A DNA stretch of 64,000 bases from NCBI GenBank assembly GCA_010015585.1, contig ML975151.1, one strand, 5' to 3'. Shown in pieces: positions 41,087-52,859 of the stretch. Within the stretch, counting starts at the first letter, position 1. Each line of letters begins with the position of its first letter. Source of the DNA: Eremomyces bilateralis CBS 781.70. Lineage: Eukaryota. The position numbers and the translations under genes are program-made. The notes beneath the pieces are model-generated. The model had not been told where the DNA came from. It saw only the letters and a program-made list of their open reading frames with translations, and did not search any database.

Positions 41087-42980
41087 GGACGGTTGGTCAC
41101 AGCAGCAGCAGTGAGAAAAATGGCGAATATTCTCTACGCGGATATGTACCGTGATGGCTAGAATGCCATGCTGGATATTAGTGCCAAATTCTGGTCCAGG
41201 GGAACGAACCAAAAGTGGATTTGGCTCCAGAAAGGGTTGAAGTATGGACATGATGCTGAACATCAAATCCAGTATGGCATTCGTAGACAGGAAAAGATAT
41301 AGACATATGAAGCCGAATTATTTTCTTGACAATGTTTGTACAAGTTTTCTTAATCTTCATTTTCAGTCGTGGTGTCTATTTTGAACCTGTTCGTCATATC
41401 TTTATGATAGCCGGAGCCCCTGAAAGCATTGAATACACTGAGTTGGTTTCTCAAGGCCCTGAGGATTCAACATATCTCACCGATATCCTTTTCAGCATTC
41501 ACTGCCTAGTGTGTGATCATGCAAATGAAATGTGCATCTTGAGGAATCAGTTCCATTTTTGCTTTGTTAGGCTCCTTCATTTCAGCAGATTCCTTGTTCA
41601 GTGCCTCCTTCATATATTCGCATTTCCTCATCATCTTTTTGATTGCAGTTTTGAATGCAGCTCTGAATGGAATATTGGATTGGATATAGAGCAATTGGAC
41701 CACCCGCTGGATCAGATATCGAGGCAGTGGTCTGTTCTCCAGTGACTCAGTGAGTCACGAATCAAACTGTCTGAGAAATCATACAAAGCACTGTGCTTCA
41801 TCACAGACTCTGTATCTCGTACTCCTTGGCACAGGAAGTCCAGCGCCGGCGTGTAATACTTTGAAGCTAGAGATTTCGGGATATCAGGGTCGGTAGGTAT
41901 AAGTACGGTGCCGAGATTCGGCATTCCTAACATAACCTTCGAATAAGGCGGCATGTAAAGGTGCCATTTGACTTCCAGTGCTGGTGCTGGGGTGCTGGGG
42001 GGAATATTGGCTGGCCGTTTCACGATCAGAATTGGGTCTAGAGGGCCGAGCTACAAGAGCAGGCGTTAGTGCCGAGTAGGTCTTACAACGTCTAACACGC
42101 ATAAGGTACTTAAGTAGAGCAGTGTAAAACTGAGAAAAAGCTAGAATTCTAGTGATAGTGCTTTCAAAGTGACCAAGCGATTTGGGAACAAGTACTTCGA
42201 GACATACCTCAAAGAGGGACGATTGCCCTGCATCCCTATGTCCCTCTTTGATTGTCTCGCCTACAGTTGTGTCTTGAAGATGTTCAGACGCCTACAGTTT
42301 AGGGCCTTGCTCGTTGCCCTGATCTTGTACTTCTTGGTTCTCCGCTGCCGCTGTATGCGCAGGGCTCCTCCCTCGCTCTCAGGTTTTGTTCCAGTTCCAA
42401 TATCAGACTCTCGGCTGTCTCCTCTCCCGCTTGTTGTGCCATCAACACCATGATCAGTTTCTTCACTGTTTTTTGAGCTGGACACTTGAGCTTCCGGTTC
42501 GTGGGAGGCACAGTTCCAACCTAGAGGGAGATCAGCCGCCCCCGACGAAGACCCAAGTCTTCCCTCGTTCGATTTTGGTGATCCCAGTTTCCTTGGTAAT
42601 AGTGTTGTAGCTTGAAGAAGGTTGGCGATAAGGCGTGTGTAGCCCGGCAGAGGTTTATATGCCCCCTTATGATGACTGACATAGGAAAATATGGTCAAGA
42701 AAGAGTCAATGAGTAGAATGGATAAGACCGCTGGAGAAGCCAATAAATTATGACCAAAAGATAGGCAAGGTTGGAATTAATGAAATTCGACAACGACTCT
42801 TTGCTTTTAGCATAAGAGGGAAAGAAATGGCACTAGCAAGACATGGAAGCTAGAGACCGATATAATCTTTACGCCCCTTCAAGCGTCCACGAATGATACT
42901 CCCTTAGATAAAACTAGAAAGGTAACCCAAGGATAGATTGATGAGTGATGCATTAAAAAGGAGCAAAAAGAAAAAAAGAG

Positions 42981-43095
42981 TGGCCTCCACGGAGGAATCG
43001 AACGTCCATCCCAGCGCGGTAAATCTCCTGTCCCGGCCTACCGTCCCGGGATAACTGCTATTTACTGGCTTGACCATCTTAGCTGCCTTGAAGGC
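42981..43095 (-). ncRNA. tRNA-like Pol III-type unit or tRNA pseudogene, identity unresolved
   Basis: End pairing GCCTTCA/TGGAGGC, A-box-like AGCTAAGATGG, B-box GTTCGATTCC, and a T7 terminator 3 nt downstream (42971-42977). Confidence 0.65.
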
Positions 43096-43192
43096 AAGTT
43101 GGTTTAATTGATTGATATGTAAACTTAGGCGAATATGACCCCTTTCATGTTAATCTTGAAAACTCAACAAGTCAGTTCGACTCCCTCACTCC

Positions 43193-45427
43193 TCAAGCCA
43201 TTGCAATCGCCTGCCACTTTGGATTGACACTCTTCCATTTGTTCAATAGTACGACATCATCGCACAGTTGCACTCGATATGCTATGCCATCCCGATACTC
43301 AATCAGCATCACAGACATCACCTCCTCATCAACCTCATCAATCTCGTCCTCACCCTCTAAATATTCTCGCCTGCTCTTCCTTGACAAACTTGTCATTCCC
43401 GTATTTACGACGATGAAATCACCCAATTTCGATTGTTCAACTTGATAAAACTCAGGGAGCACAATTGTTCCTATCTCCTCCAAAGAGACAGGATTTCGAA
43501 TAATGTGACCTTCGTTTGGCAGTTTTGGATCTAACGATATAAGAGTCTCCTCGGCAATAAGAAGCTTTGCTGTCATTGTCAGGAAGCAGATCGTCTGCGA
43601 GACCACTGATCTTAAACTTTGCCGGCTGATTTTCAGTTGCGATGTATATTGAGCTCCATTTATCGCAACGGGAGAGAGCGTGAGTGAGAGGTGATCTTTC
43701 GCAGGGTCAAAACTAAGCGATCTCTTAGCCACAGAGGACGAAGATGGACTCGTCGATACTCTGTTTAGAAGCTGAATTGAAATGCGCTTCAGTGGTCTGA
43801 AAGCTGGCTTGCGATATCGTGGCCATTCCTCGGTCTGCCCACCGTACTCACTGGAGCTTCCAGGCTGGCTTTCAATCAAACGTAGGGACGGGGAAAGATC
43901 CCCCTTCGCCCAATCCAGGCGATGGAAGGAAATGTGGAAGTTGGTACGTCTCGAACAAGCCTCCTGAAAGGAGACTGGATATTTCTCTGGACTTTTCCAG
44001 CCCAGGAATGACCAGGTTGGGAATTCTATTCGTCGCTGAAGGGTCCGTGGATCCTCAAATCTCCACAGCAGTCCTTCACCAAAGATCAAGGACGGTATAC
44101 CCGAAAAATGAGGACCGAGTCGCGGCTTTAGATTGGACAAGATCCCTTCTAAGGCAAACAAAACATCCTCATCGTTGGTGAGGTCACGCTGGGAGTAGAC
44201 GGTTATGGTGGACTTGTACCCAGACGTCGGAAATGGATCGGACATTGACCTCCTGTATTTGGCGTGTCCTGGCTGCTCAAAAGACTTGTGTCCCTCACGG
44301 CTGTGCTCTTCAAGATATAATTGGGGAAGACCGAGGGCTTCGGACTCGAGGATCGTATCCTCCTGCCAAACTGCACTCTGGCATTGATAAAATGCTTGGC
44401 TTTCGGTAAAGATAAGGAGCCGCGTTGAGAAGATCTTCTCTTGTAGTGTCCAGCCGCGACTTTCCCACGGTAAATTTCCGATAGCTTGAGCGAAAGGTTG
44501 CGCACTGGAAAAGTGAAGGTCTCCATGGGTCACCTCCTGTTGAACTGGAGACCTAGGGTGCGATCTCATGCCGGGCAATCCGGTTTCGGCGTTTGGCATG
44601 CCGCTCACTATAGTGAGTTGAGCATTGTCATAAATCTCGTTCATCAACTTCAAGTGATTCTTGAAGGCGCTCTCAGCTCGTTCCTGGACGATGCACAGAG
44701 CGTCAATCCAAAGATACTGAAAGCCCAACCGCTGTGCAAGCTCAATCGCGTCTCGGAACGTCGCGGGCACTTCAGTCCGAGAGGAGTCCAAAGCATGGGG
44801 CGTTGTCAACATCGGATATGTATCTTTGTTCAACAATAGCCTTTTGCAATCGCCCCAAACATAGCTCAGAGCAGCATATCTGGAGGTAATCTCTAACTCC
44901 ACAACGCATGCTTTCTGAGTATCGATCAAACGGAATGGAAGGGCAAGCGCCTCAGCAGACGGTTCCTGGGAAGAGTGAGAGTGTTTCGTATCGCAGAGAT
45001 CTAACCACTCTTGGACGAGGCCAAAATCTAGGCTCGGTTTGACTCGTCTTCCACAACAAAGGGACGATAGCCCAGGGGGACGGAGCGGAAGGACGAAAGC
45101 TGATTTGGTTGATTCCGTCCCTCCCAAGCCATCATCGTCCCCGAATACTGTCAATTCGAGCCTCTTCAAAGGAACATATTGAGCTCGGTCCCAATAAGAG
45201 CCTATGGCAGTTGACATCGCAAGTATAGTACTCTCTGGACTCGGATTGTTGGCGCCATAGCTGGAGCTTGGATAAAAGATCCTCAAAATAAAGTCACAGA
45301 ATGTGCAGGACGATCGACGAGAGAGGAGGGTCTTCAAGTCCAGATCGGCATGTTCGCTGCCATACCGGTGTCGTGATTCTAGAGCCTGCTCTACAAGGGA
45401 CTGACAGCTCTGACAAATGCCGACCAT
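43193..45427 (-). CDS. HET-domain (heterokaryon incompatibility) protein, intronless, 744 aa
   Basis: WLDLCDTKH, FRLID, YAALSYVWG, YLWIDALCIVQ, MNEIYDNA, RGWTLQE and FPTWSFLGW motifs. Confidence 0.93.
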   Translation of the reverse strand: MVGICQSCQSLVEQALESRHRYGSEHADLDLKTLLSRRSSCTFCDFILRIFYPSSSYGANNPSPESTILAMSTAIGSYWDRAQYVPLKRLELTVFGDDDGLGGTESTKSAFVLPLRPPGLSSLCCGRRVKPSLDFGLVQEWLDLCDTKHSHSSQEPSAEALALPFRLIDTQKACVVELEITSRYAALSYVWGDCKRLLLNKDTYPMLTTPHALDSSRTEVPATFRDAIELAQRLGFQYLWIDALCIVQERAESAFKNHLKLMNEIYDNAQLTIVSGMPNAETGLPGMRSHPRSPVQQEVTHGDLHFSSAQPFAQAIGNLPWESRGWTLQEKIFSTRLLIFTESQAFYQCQSAVWQEDTILESEALGLPQLYLEEHSREGHKSFEQPGHAKYRRSMSDPFPTSGYKSTITVYSQRDLTNDEDVLFALEGILSNLKPRLGPHFSGIPSLIFGEGLLWRFEDPRTLQRRIEFPTWSFLGWKSPEKYPVSFQEACSRRTNFHISFHRLDWAKGDLSPSLRLIESQPGSSSEYGGQTEEWPRYRKPAFRPLKRISIQLLNRVSTSPSSSSVAKRSLSFDPAKDHLSLTLSPVAINGAQYTSQLKISRQSLRSVVSQTICFLTMTAKLLIAEETLISLDPKLPNEGHIIRNPVSLEEIGTIVLPEFYQVEQSKLGDFIVVNTGMTSLSRKSRREYLEGEDEIDEVDEEVMSVMLIEYRDGIAYRVQLCDDVVLLNKWKSVNPKWQAIAMA

Positions 45428-46033
45428 TTCATAACGCTGACTTAAAGCTCAAGCAGACAAGAATAAAAGGATAACCGTACAAGATGCCATCAAACATGAG
45501 AACAGGACGTCAAGGATGAGGACAAAAGCCTAGGAGGAACCAGTACACTCATGTTGAAAGCATGTTGATCCTGCTGCCTACTGGTATTAAAATTGATTTC
45601 AACCAGGCACTCTGAACTTCCCAAAACCTAGACTGAGAAAGCTAAGCTGTACCCACCCAGGTACATTATCTAGCAAGCGGCCAGGGCAAGTGAAACACTG
45701 AGGCTGTGCAATTCCAAACGCAATGCGCGTGGACACGAACAAGCAACCGAGGACTTGGTGCAACAGTACGCGTAAGGAATTCCGGTGCACAGAATGTGTC
45801 ATTCGCGCCGTGTTCTATTTATCAAATCCCATGTACAAATATCAGACAAGAGTTTTGGGGCAACATGCTTCCCAAATTACCAGATCCATATTGGATCGCC
45901 AAGACCCAGCTGTTCAACAACATGCGCCTGCAAATGCATATATGATGGCCCCAATCTCGACCGTGCTGCGCTTTATATCGCAAACGACACCACTATGCCG
46001 GCCGGCCGATACTCGAGGAATCCGAGAAACCCA

Positions 46034-47792
46034 TCAATCGTCTATGTCGCTTTCAGCGATCTCGTACTGCTCTAACTTTTGTCGACGTTCCTCGCCCATT
46101 TCCTTGTATGTAGCCCAACTAAGCAGAAGGAATGCGAAAATGATCAGAAGACCGCCTCCGATAGCAGCCGGAGTGAGAGGCGACTTCAACGGCTCCGGGA
46201 GGAGCTCGTCTATAATAGCAACGATGAAGATCGTGAGTAGTGCAGCCACCGATGACAATACCGGCGATGTCAGGCTGATCAAGACAAGGAAAGAGCCGGA
46301 GAATACTGAGATCACATTAGCTGATGATCTTGCCCCAGATTTCAGGATTTCCACGTTTGACGAGAACATACCTGCATTTGACAAAACGCTGATAGCCATC
46401 ATCCAAGCAGCCTCGCCTCGAGGCAGTTCAAATTCTTCCAACCCAGTCATATGGAGGATCGGTAAGGGTATCCAAAGGATACAAAGTGTGAAGACTCCAA
46501 TGCAGCTACCGAAGGTGTTGGCGAAAATCATGCCGCGCCCGGGACTCGTGCTATCAGGAGGACAGGCAACCCTTTTGTACAGGACTTCATAGAAGCCGTA
46601 GAGGACGCTTCCCAGACCGATGATGAGGTTACCCAACGATCGATTCTTCGGTTCGTGATCGGGCAGCTGCGTGTCGGGACCTCCAGTTCCACCACCTCCT
46701 TTACTTCCATGTTTCCCAGGAGCCTGCCCACCGTACGCAACGACTAGCACACCGGCAATCGCAATGGCTACAGCTAGGACCTTAGACCACCGGAGCTTCT
46801 CGCGCAAGATCGGAATACTGAAAGCATAAGCAAAGAATGCGGAGCAGTTGTAGATCGCGGTCAGATCGCTCGCCGTTGTTAGATCCACCGCTAGATACCA
46901 AGTACCCCCGGCGACTGTGAGTGCGGAAGTTACAAAAGCCGTCGTTCGGATCATATACGGGACTGGGGACTTGGCGACCTGGTAGGGATTGAGTCGCAGA
47001 GTCTGGTGTTCAACCATCTGACCGGTTTGCCGGAGTATTTGTACATGCCGTTTCCAGAACACGTTCCATGGCATATTCCATTTCTGAAGTCTCAGAATGA
47101 GTAGCTGTGTTGGCCAAAGGAGAGACCATGATCCGTGGGTCAAGTACCTAATACGAACGCCCTGTCAGGTTTGGATTGCCTGCTGGGGCCTGGGAGGGGA
47201 AGCCGGCTGGAACTTACAGCATGCAATACGCTTTATTCCAATGCAAATTTGTCTGAATATACACAGCCGTCTCGGTCTGCACCGCAAAGCTGATCAAGCT
47301 AAGCAATAGGAAAAATCCAGCGTACGTATACCGGGTCCTGGTCGCTTGCTTTGCGGCAACCTCGGGGTCCCGTTCATGGAAGGTGGACGTCCGACTTCTA
47401 GCTGGCGGCGGAGGAGAGTTGTAGACAGCCTGCGATTCTAGATTCTCCTCGGAAAGCAACGGTTGACGCGATCGACCCTCCGAACGGGTTCGCTGCGAAG
47501 AAGGACGAAGATCGGAAGGCATATCGGCGATGGGGTGGAGGGGATCGAGTTCACCCCCCCAGGCATCGAGATCGAAGTCGCTATCCGAGTCTTCGCTCTC
47601 TGCGGCCGATATGGGCTTCGGATCTATGATTCTTCCCGCAGTGTGAGTTCCGTCCGTCGCTGTGACTTGACATTGAGAGGAAATCGGTGGATTCGTACCA
47701 CGCTCCCAGTCGTCAGAATGATTATGAAATGTGTCGGAATGCCCAGGTGTCACCCCCTTTCGAGCAGAACCGTTATGGCGGTCGTGAACCAT
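46034..47792 (-). CDS. EamA/DMT-superfamily membrane transporter (SLC35F/Thi74-like)
   Basis: Multiple hydrophobic helices; DLTAIYNCSAFFAYAFS and SLTSPVLSSVAALLT. Introns ~47147-47217 and ~46310-46370. The start could instead be 47522. Confidence 0.88.
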
Positions 47793-48506
47793 ATGAAGTG
47801 AGATGTAGTATGAACATGGGACAAGACAAAGCTTCTGCAGATATCCACGACTAAACTGTATAGTGCAGTGTTGGTTGAAGCAAATCAAAGAAGGGGTGCC
47901 GAGTCTCCGAACTTCCCGGTGTGGTGTACGTGTAGTATGGATACCAGTACATTCTCAGCCGTGCTGATCATCTGGACGCAGGGGTCATCTCCAATCGTCA
48001 CACGCACCGCTCCAGCGCGAGACCGCTAGGAAATCCGTATCTAACACCTGGAAACAGTAGCTAATTAACCACCCTCTGAAGTAACTTCGAGCTTGGTACC
48101 ATAGCCCTGCCGAATTAAGATGGAATCTTGCATCATCGCCGCTACTGACGTGGACCAGCGATCCCCAACTGCATCTTACTACGTACTCCGCACTGTGACT
48201 CCAATCTCAACACGAGCGCTCCTGCGAGCAAGAACACCCCCAAGCCGAAAAGCTCTCAGATAGCTTCAATTGGTCTCAATCTGCGGGTGCTAGTTACTAT
48301 ATTAAGTAGCCGGTAGCTGCTATCTATCCGAATTCGGAGAGCTCATCATAGATTACGTCCCAACTCCGCTGAGCATAAGTGCATAATACATGTGTTATCC
48401 CGACCATCCAAACCCGAAAGTATAAAAGCATCGAATGCCCCCATCGCCCCCGCACCACCCCCATTTTCCCCTGTGAAAGTACCATCGTCGATATTACACT
48501 TGCAAA

Positions 48507-49650
48507 ATGCCTCTTGTTGCTAAGCGGCCGAAAGACCGGGTTATCCTGGGCCTGATGACCTTTGGGCCAGATGAGAGTCAAGGCGCCCGCGTGACGTCTC
48601 TCGACGACTTCAACGAATGCTTGGACTATTTCCAAAGTCAAGGCTATAACGAGATTGATACAGCCAGAACGTACGTAGGGGGAAAACAGGAAGCATTCAG
48701 TGCCGAAGCCAAATGGAAAGAGCGTGGATTGACTATCGCTACCAAGGCGTATCCCTCCCAGCCAGGCCTGCACAAGCCGGAAGTCCTGACGAACACTTTC
48801 AACAAGAGCTTGTCGGAGCTGAAGTCTGATAAAGTGGATATCTTTTACCTTCATGCTGCGGATAGGAGCGTCCCGGTCAGTGAGCCGCAAATCAAATGTG
48901 TCCAGAATATGAAGTGCATACTAACATATAATCAGTTTGCGGAAACCCTAGAAGCCGTCAATGAACTCTACAAACAAGGCAAGTTTGTGCAGCTAGGTCT
49001 AAGCAACTACACTGCCTTTGAAGTTGCGGAGGTTGTCCTGACATGCAAGGCAAATGGATGGGTGCGGCCAACGATCTATCAAGCCATGTACAATGCAATC
49101 AGTAAGTGAACCCCAAAGACTGTTCTTACGTCTTCTGACAGTAATAGCGCGCTCAATCGAGGCTGAGTTGGTAGTTGCATGCCGTCGCTATGGCCTCGAC
49201 ATTGTGGTTTACAACCCCCTGGCCGGTGGACTCTTCTCTGGCAAGTACAAGACCAAGGAGATTCCAAAGGAAGGACGATACAGCGAAGCAGGCGGGAAGA
49301 TGGGCTCGAATTATCGCAATCGATACTTCAAGGATTCAATCTTTGACGCGCTCCGCATCCTCGAGCCGGTGGTGCAGAAGCACGATCTGACCCTTCTCGA
49401 GACCGCCTTGCGATGGGTCGTCCACCACTCGGCCCTCAACATCAAGGACGGAAATGATGGCATCATTATCGGCGTGAGTAGCATCAACCAATTGAAAGGC
49501 AACCTGGCCGACCTCGAGAAAGGCCCTCTGCCAGAGGAAGTGGTCAAGGCCCTTGATGAGGCATGGCTGATCAACAAAGCGACGACGGCCAACTATTGGC
49601 ACCTTGATCTGAAGTATACGTATGACACACAGAAAGCGCTCTTTGGCTGA
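48507..49650 (+). CDS. Aldo-keto reductase (aflatoxin B1 aldehyde reductase / AKR7-like)
   Basis: ILGLMTFG, IDTARTY, IATKAYP, FYLHAAD, LGLSNY and YNPLAGG motifs; two introns. Confidence 0.93.
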
Positions 49651-49774
49651 GGACTTTGATACATTTATGGAACGTAAGTGCCTCCTGCAGCGCTGTATAC
49701 GGACAGCAACCCGATGATCCTGTCCAGTCCCTTGCATAAACATCCGTGAAACTCGTCTTGTGACTTCATAACCA

Positions 49775-50695
49775 TCACATCACCACACAACATCCACGAA
49801 GAGCTTTGAAAAGCTTCGGACCCCCCTTTTTCACTGCTTCCTCAACATGACTGTACTGTTGCTGCTGGTGGGCCTGCCCATGATGTTGTTGAGCATGTGG
49901 TTGCTGATATCCTGCTTGTGCTTGGCCATGATGTTGAGAATGTTGAACATGTTGCTGCTGGTGCCCTCCTTGTGCATGCCCGTGTCCACTACTGGCCCCT
50001 GGATGGCCAGGTTGAGGCAAGATGGCTGGTCCACCTGCCAGATTAACATAAAGCCGCCCTTGGTTCTGTTCAACTTGGAATTGGAGTCCCTCTTCTCGAA
50101 GCAATTCTTCTACAGCCTGCCTCAGCTTTGGTATGTGGCCAGTAGAGTGATTCCCTTTCCCAACAATGCTGCAAAGAACGCATTAGTCCTATCCTTGCCA
50201 ATGGGTAGCAACCCATGGATAGATAACTTACACATGCAGATGGGTTTGATTCCGCCGTCGGTCGACCGAAATGCGTTCCCGCAAGATCTGCTCCGCTTCC
50301 TGCACGTATTGACCATGCAGATCTATCTCGTCCCCTTGTACTCTTCCCGGCGCGTTGTTCTCCCGGAATATAAACTCCGACGCTTGTTTATTATATTGCT
50401 GTCCCTTCTTCTCGTGATCATCGGCCTGCCGATGTAGTCGGTCCTTCTCTCCATAGTCGCGTCGCTGTCCCGCTTCCCGGGCGTCGCGTCGCAGTTGGTT
50501 TTCTCTATCGAACTCTCGTCGCGCAAGGTCTCGAAGTCGGTCATATTCTTGTTCGGAGTCTCTGTTTGCGTCGTGATTGAATGCTGGCGTTCAAGTTCCT
50601 GTTAGCGCTTGGGTCCCGATGGCGGCATTTCGTCTCAAGGCTGGGGACTCACCTCTGCCTCCCAACTGTGTAAACGAGTCCAAATTGTGTGCCAT
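49775..50695 (-). CDS. DUF1771 + Smr domain protein with C-terminal CCVVM
   Basis: Spliced frame not in the ORF track: MAHNLDSFTQLGGRAFNH...EYDRLRDLARR...QASEFIFRENN...EIDLHGQYVQEA...HLHV/IVGKGNHS...GRLYVNL...CCVVM*. Confidence 0.88.
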
Positions 50696-51813
50696 TGTCG
50701 GGAAACGAATAGTGTATATTGTTTACAAGCTTGATATGTACATTGAAGCGAAACGAATGCAAAAGACTAATCAGTTGGAAGGTAACGATTGACGAGGAGC
50801 GATCAAATAGGTCGGCTATCCTATTCCGCCGTTCTCTGCCACGACATGTTGCCAGCGCGAAGTCGTCCAATCAATTCAGGGTCCACACCGAGGTTTCAGT
50901 ATCTCGAGTTCTCGACTGCTTGTGTTCGTACCAGATCGATTTGAAGGTAAGTCCAAATATATCAGTCTAATCTGAGTCCGAAGACCGGGTGTGTTTTATA
51001 TAGATTCGGTTTTTAACGACGCAATGACGTGAAAGAGTTTATGGCTCCGGAGTCACCGAGTCAGGAGTCCCTCTTTTACCCTAGCCGCGACGACACGTTC
51101 GGTCTGCATAGAAAAGCAGTTCGAGATGATAAGTGCCAGTAACGGAGACGCCGATATCCCTTAGCTTAAGAGTTCCATTCTGGACCATCGTGGCGGCTTG
51201 CCTGATATCCCCTAATTCTTACAAGAATTTGCCTCCTACTCGGAGCCCCTTGAACATGACCAAACCTACGGTATTGAACTGGTTGGCGATACGACCCTTG
51301 GACGGATGCAAGCACCATCTGTTCATAGGAAATTGACAGCCTGTTCCCATCCCAAAAGGCATCTGGACAGCGACGCGTGGGTCTTCTCCGGAGATTTCGC
51401 CTAGTGCCCATGCCTCCATTTCGTTAGGTTGTGTCCATCAGGCTAGTTCGATGTGCACTACTATCATCTGGATGTGGTTTCTGAGTAGGGGGTTGACTTA
51501 ACTACAATCAAGCTATTTGGAAGTCCAAGCCATAATGAGGTAGGATAGGAATGACATATTTTCTAAATTTCATCAAATGAATGTAGTTGGGTCAGGAATA
51601 GGTGTGCCACCCAAAATCGTAACGAAGGGCTCAATTGCTGTGTACCCCTATGTGGACTAAGAGAAAGAGGATGGCTCAAACTATACCCATTGTGCAAAGT
51701 TCCAGTGAACTGCATCTTGCATAGTAACAAGAAGGGATGAGTGAGGGATATGCTATGGTTTGAGGCATCCTATGTAGTTGTAAATAGTCCTGTAAAGGGT
51801 GGGACTACGCAAT

Positions 51814-52584
51814 TCAAAAATCGCAAGTTTCGGCGATTAGATTAGCGAGCTTCTCCAAAAGCTGTGCATCTTCAGAGTTGAACCCGTTCAACTCACTGCA
51901 ATCAATATCGATGATCGCAACAACCTACACCATAGTCAGTCACAAGTACTGTCATGCTTCTACATTGGACCAGGGAATCTCCTCTGCCATACCTTTGAGT
52001 TCTGAATGATGGGAACCACGATCTCGCTCTTACTGTTAGAATCGCACGCGATATGACCAGGGAATTCATCCACATTGGGAACCACTTCCGTCATCATAGT
52101 GGCAGCGGCAGCGCCACAGACACCTTGCCCGACCTTGATGCTTTGACAAGCAACATGGCCATGGAACGGACCCAGAATCAGCTCCTGGTGATTGAGTGGA
52201 TTGATAAAATAGAAACCACACCAGTTGATGGCAGAGACAGGTCCATCAACAGACTTTAGGGCGTGATGCAACAGTGAGGATGCGTTCGAGAGATTACTGG
52301 AATCAACTTTAGCATCAGTCCCGGAAGAGCGGATTGATCAGCAATCAAGCACCTACCTGACCTACATATATTAAATGAGCAGATATTCATCTCTAGTGTT
52401 CGGATATATGCTCACCCAATTTCTTTGCCCAGCAAACAAAGCTTCCGCCTCCTCTAACACTCGCGCATAGGCTTGTGCCTTCGACAGGCCTTGCTCGAAT
52501 GTTGATGCCTCCGCATGATGAACCTGAGTCAGATGCCGTTAATAATCTTGATATAGCCTAGTAGATTCCACACAGACAAACCAT
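51814..52584 (-). CDS. GAF-domain protein, free methionine-R-sulfoxide reductase-like (5 exons)
   Basis: INWCGFY, LILGPFHGHVAC, GVCGAAA, FPGHIACDSNSKSEIVVP and IIDIDC motifs; ATG-only first coding exon and a 5-nt microexon at 52357-52361. Confidence 0.9.
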
Positions 52585-52859
52585 TTTGAAAGGGCTCCAA
52601 TTAATTAGTATATTTCGCTGATGAAACCGTTTCGCGTGTGAGATATTCAGCTATTAGGCATTCGAAAGCACGATATTTGCACGTCATGTCACGTGACAAC
52701 GCGTTGTCTCGTGTTGATTCACTTTTGGGCCTTGCACCGGCATGAGACGGTGATGCACCTGCGACTGGAAAGGACAAGAATTATTGTGAATCCACACCTC
52801 CAATGCTTGAGGAGATGTAACATCTATGAGACATCCCACATGATTGCCAAGTCTTCACG

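Noticed and set aside
41006..41266. Poly-His, poly-Asp and poly-Met ORFs
   Set aside because: They are translations of the (GAT)n microsatellite.
42981..43095. Selenocysteine tRNA (9/4 fold)
   Set aside because: A 9/4 pairing can be forced, but there is no UCA anticodon or 6-bp D-stem, and ascomycetes are not known to use Sec.
51080..51420. Protein-like minus-strand frame with an internal stop
   Set aside because: Too short and no family recognised; it would need a homology search.
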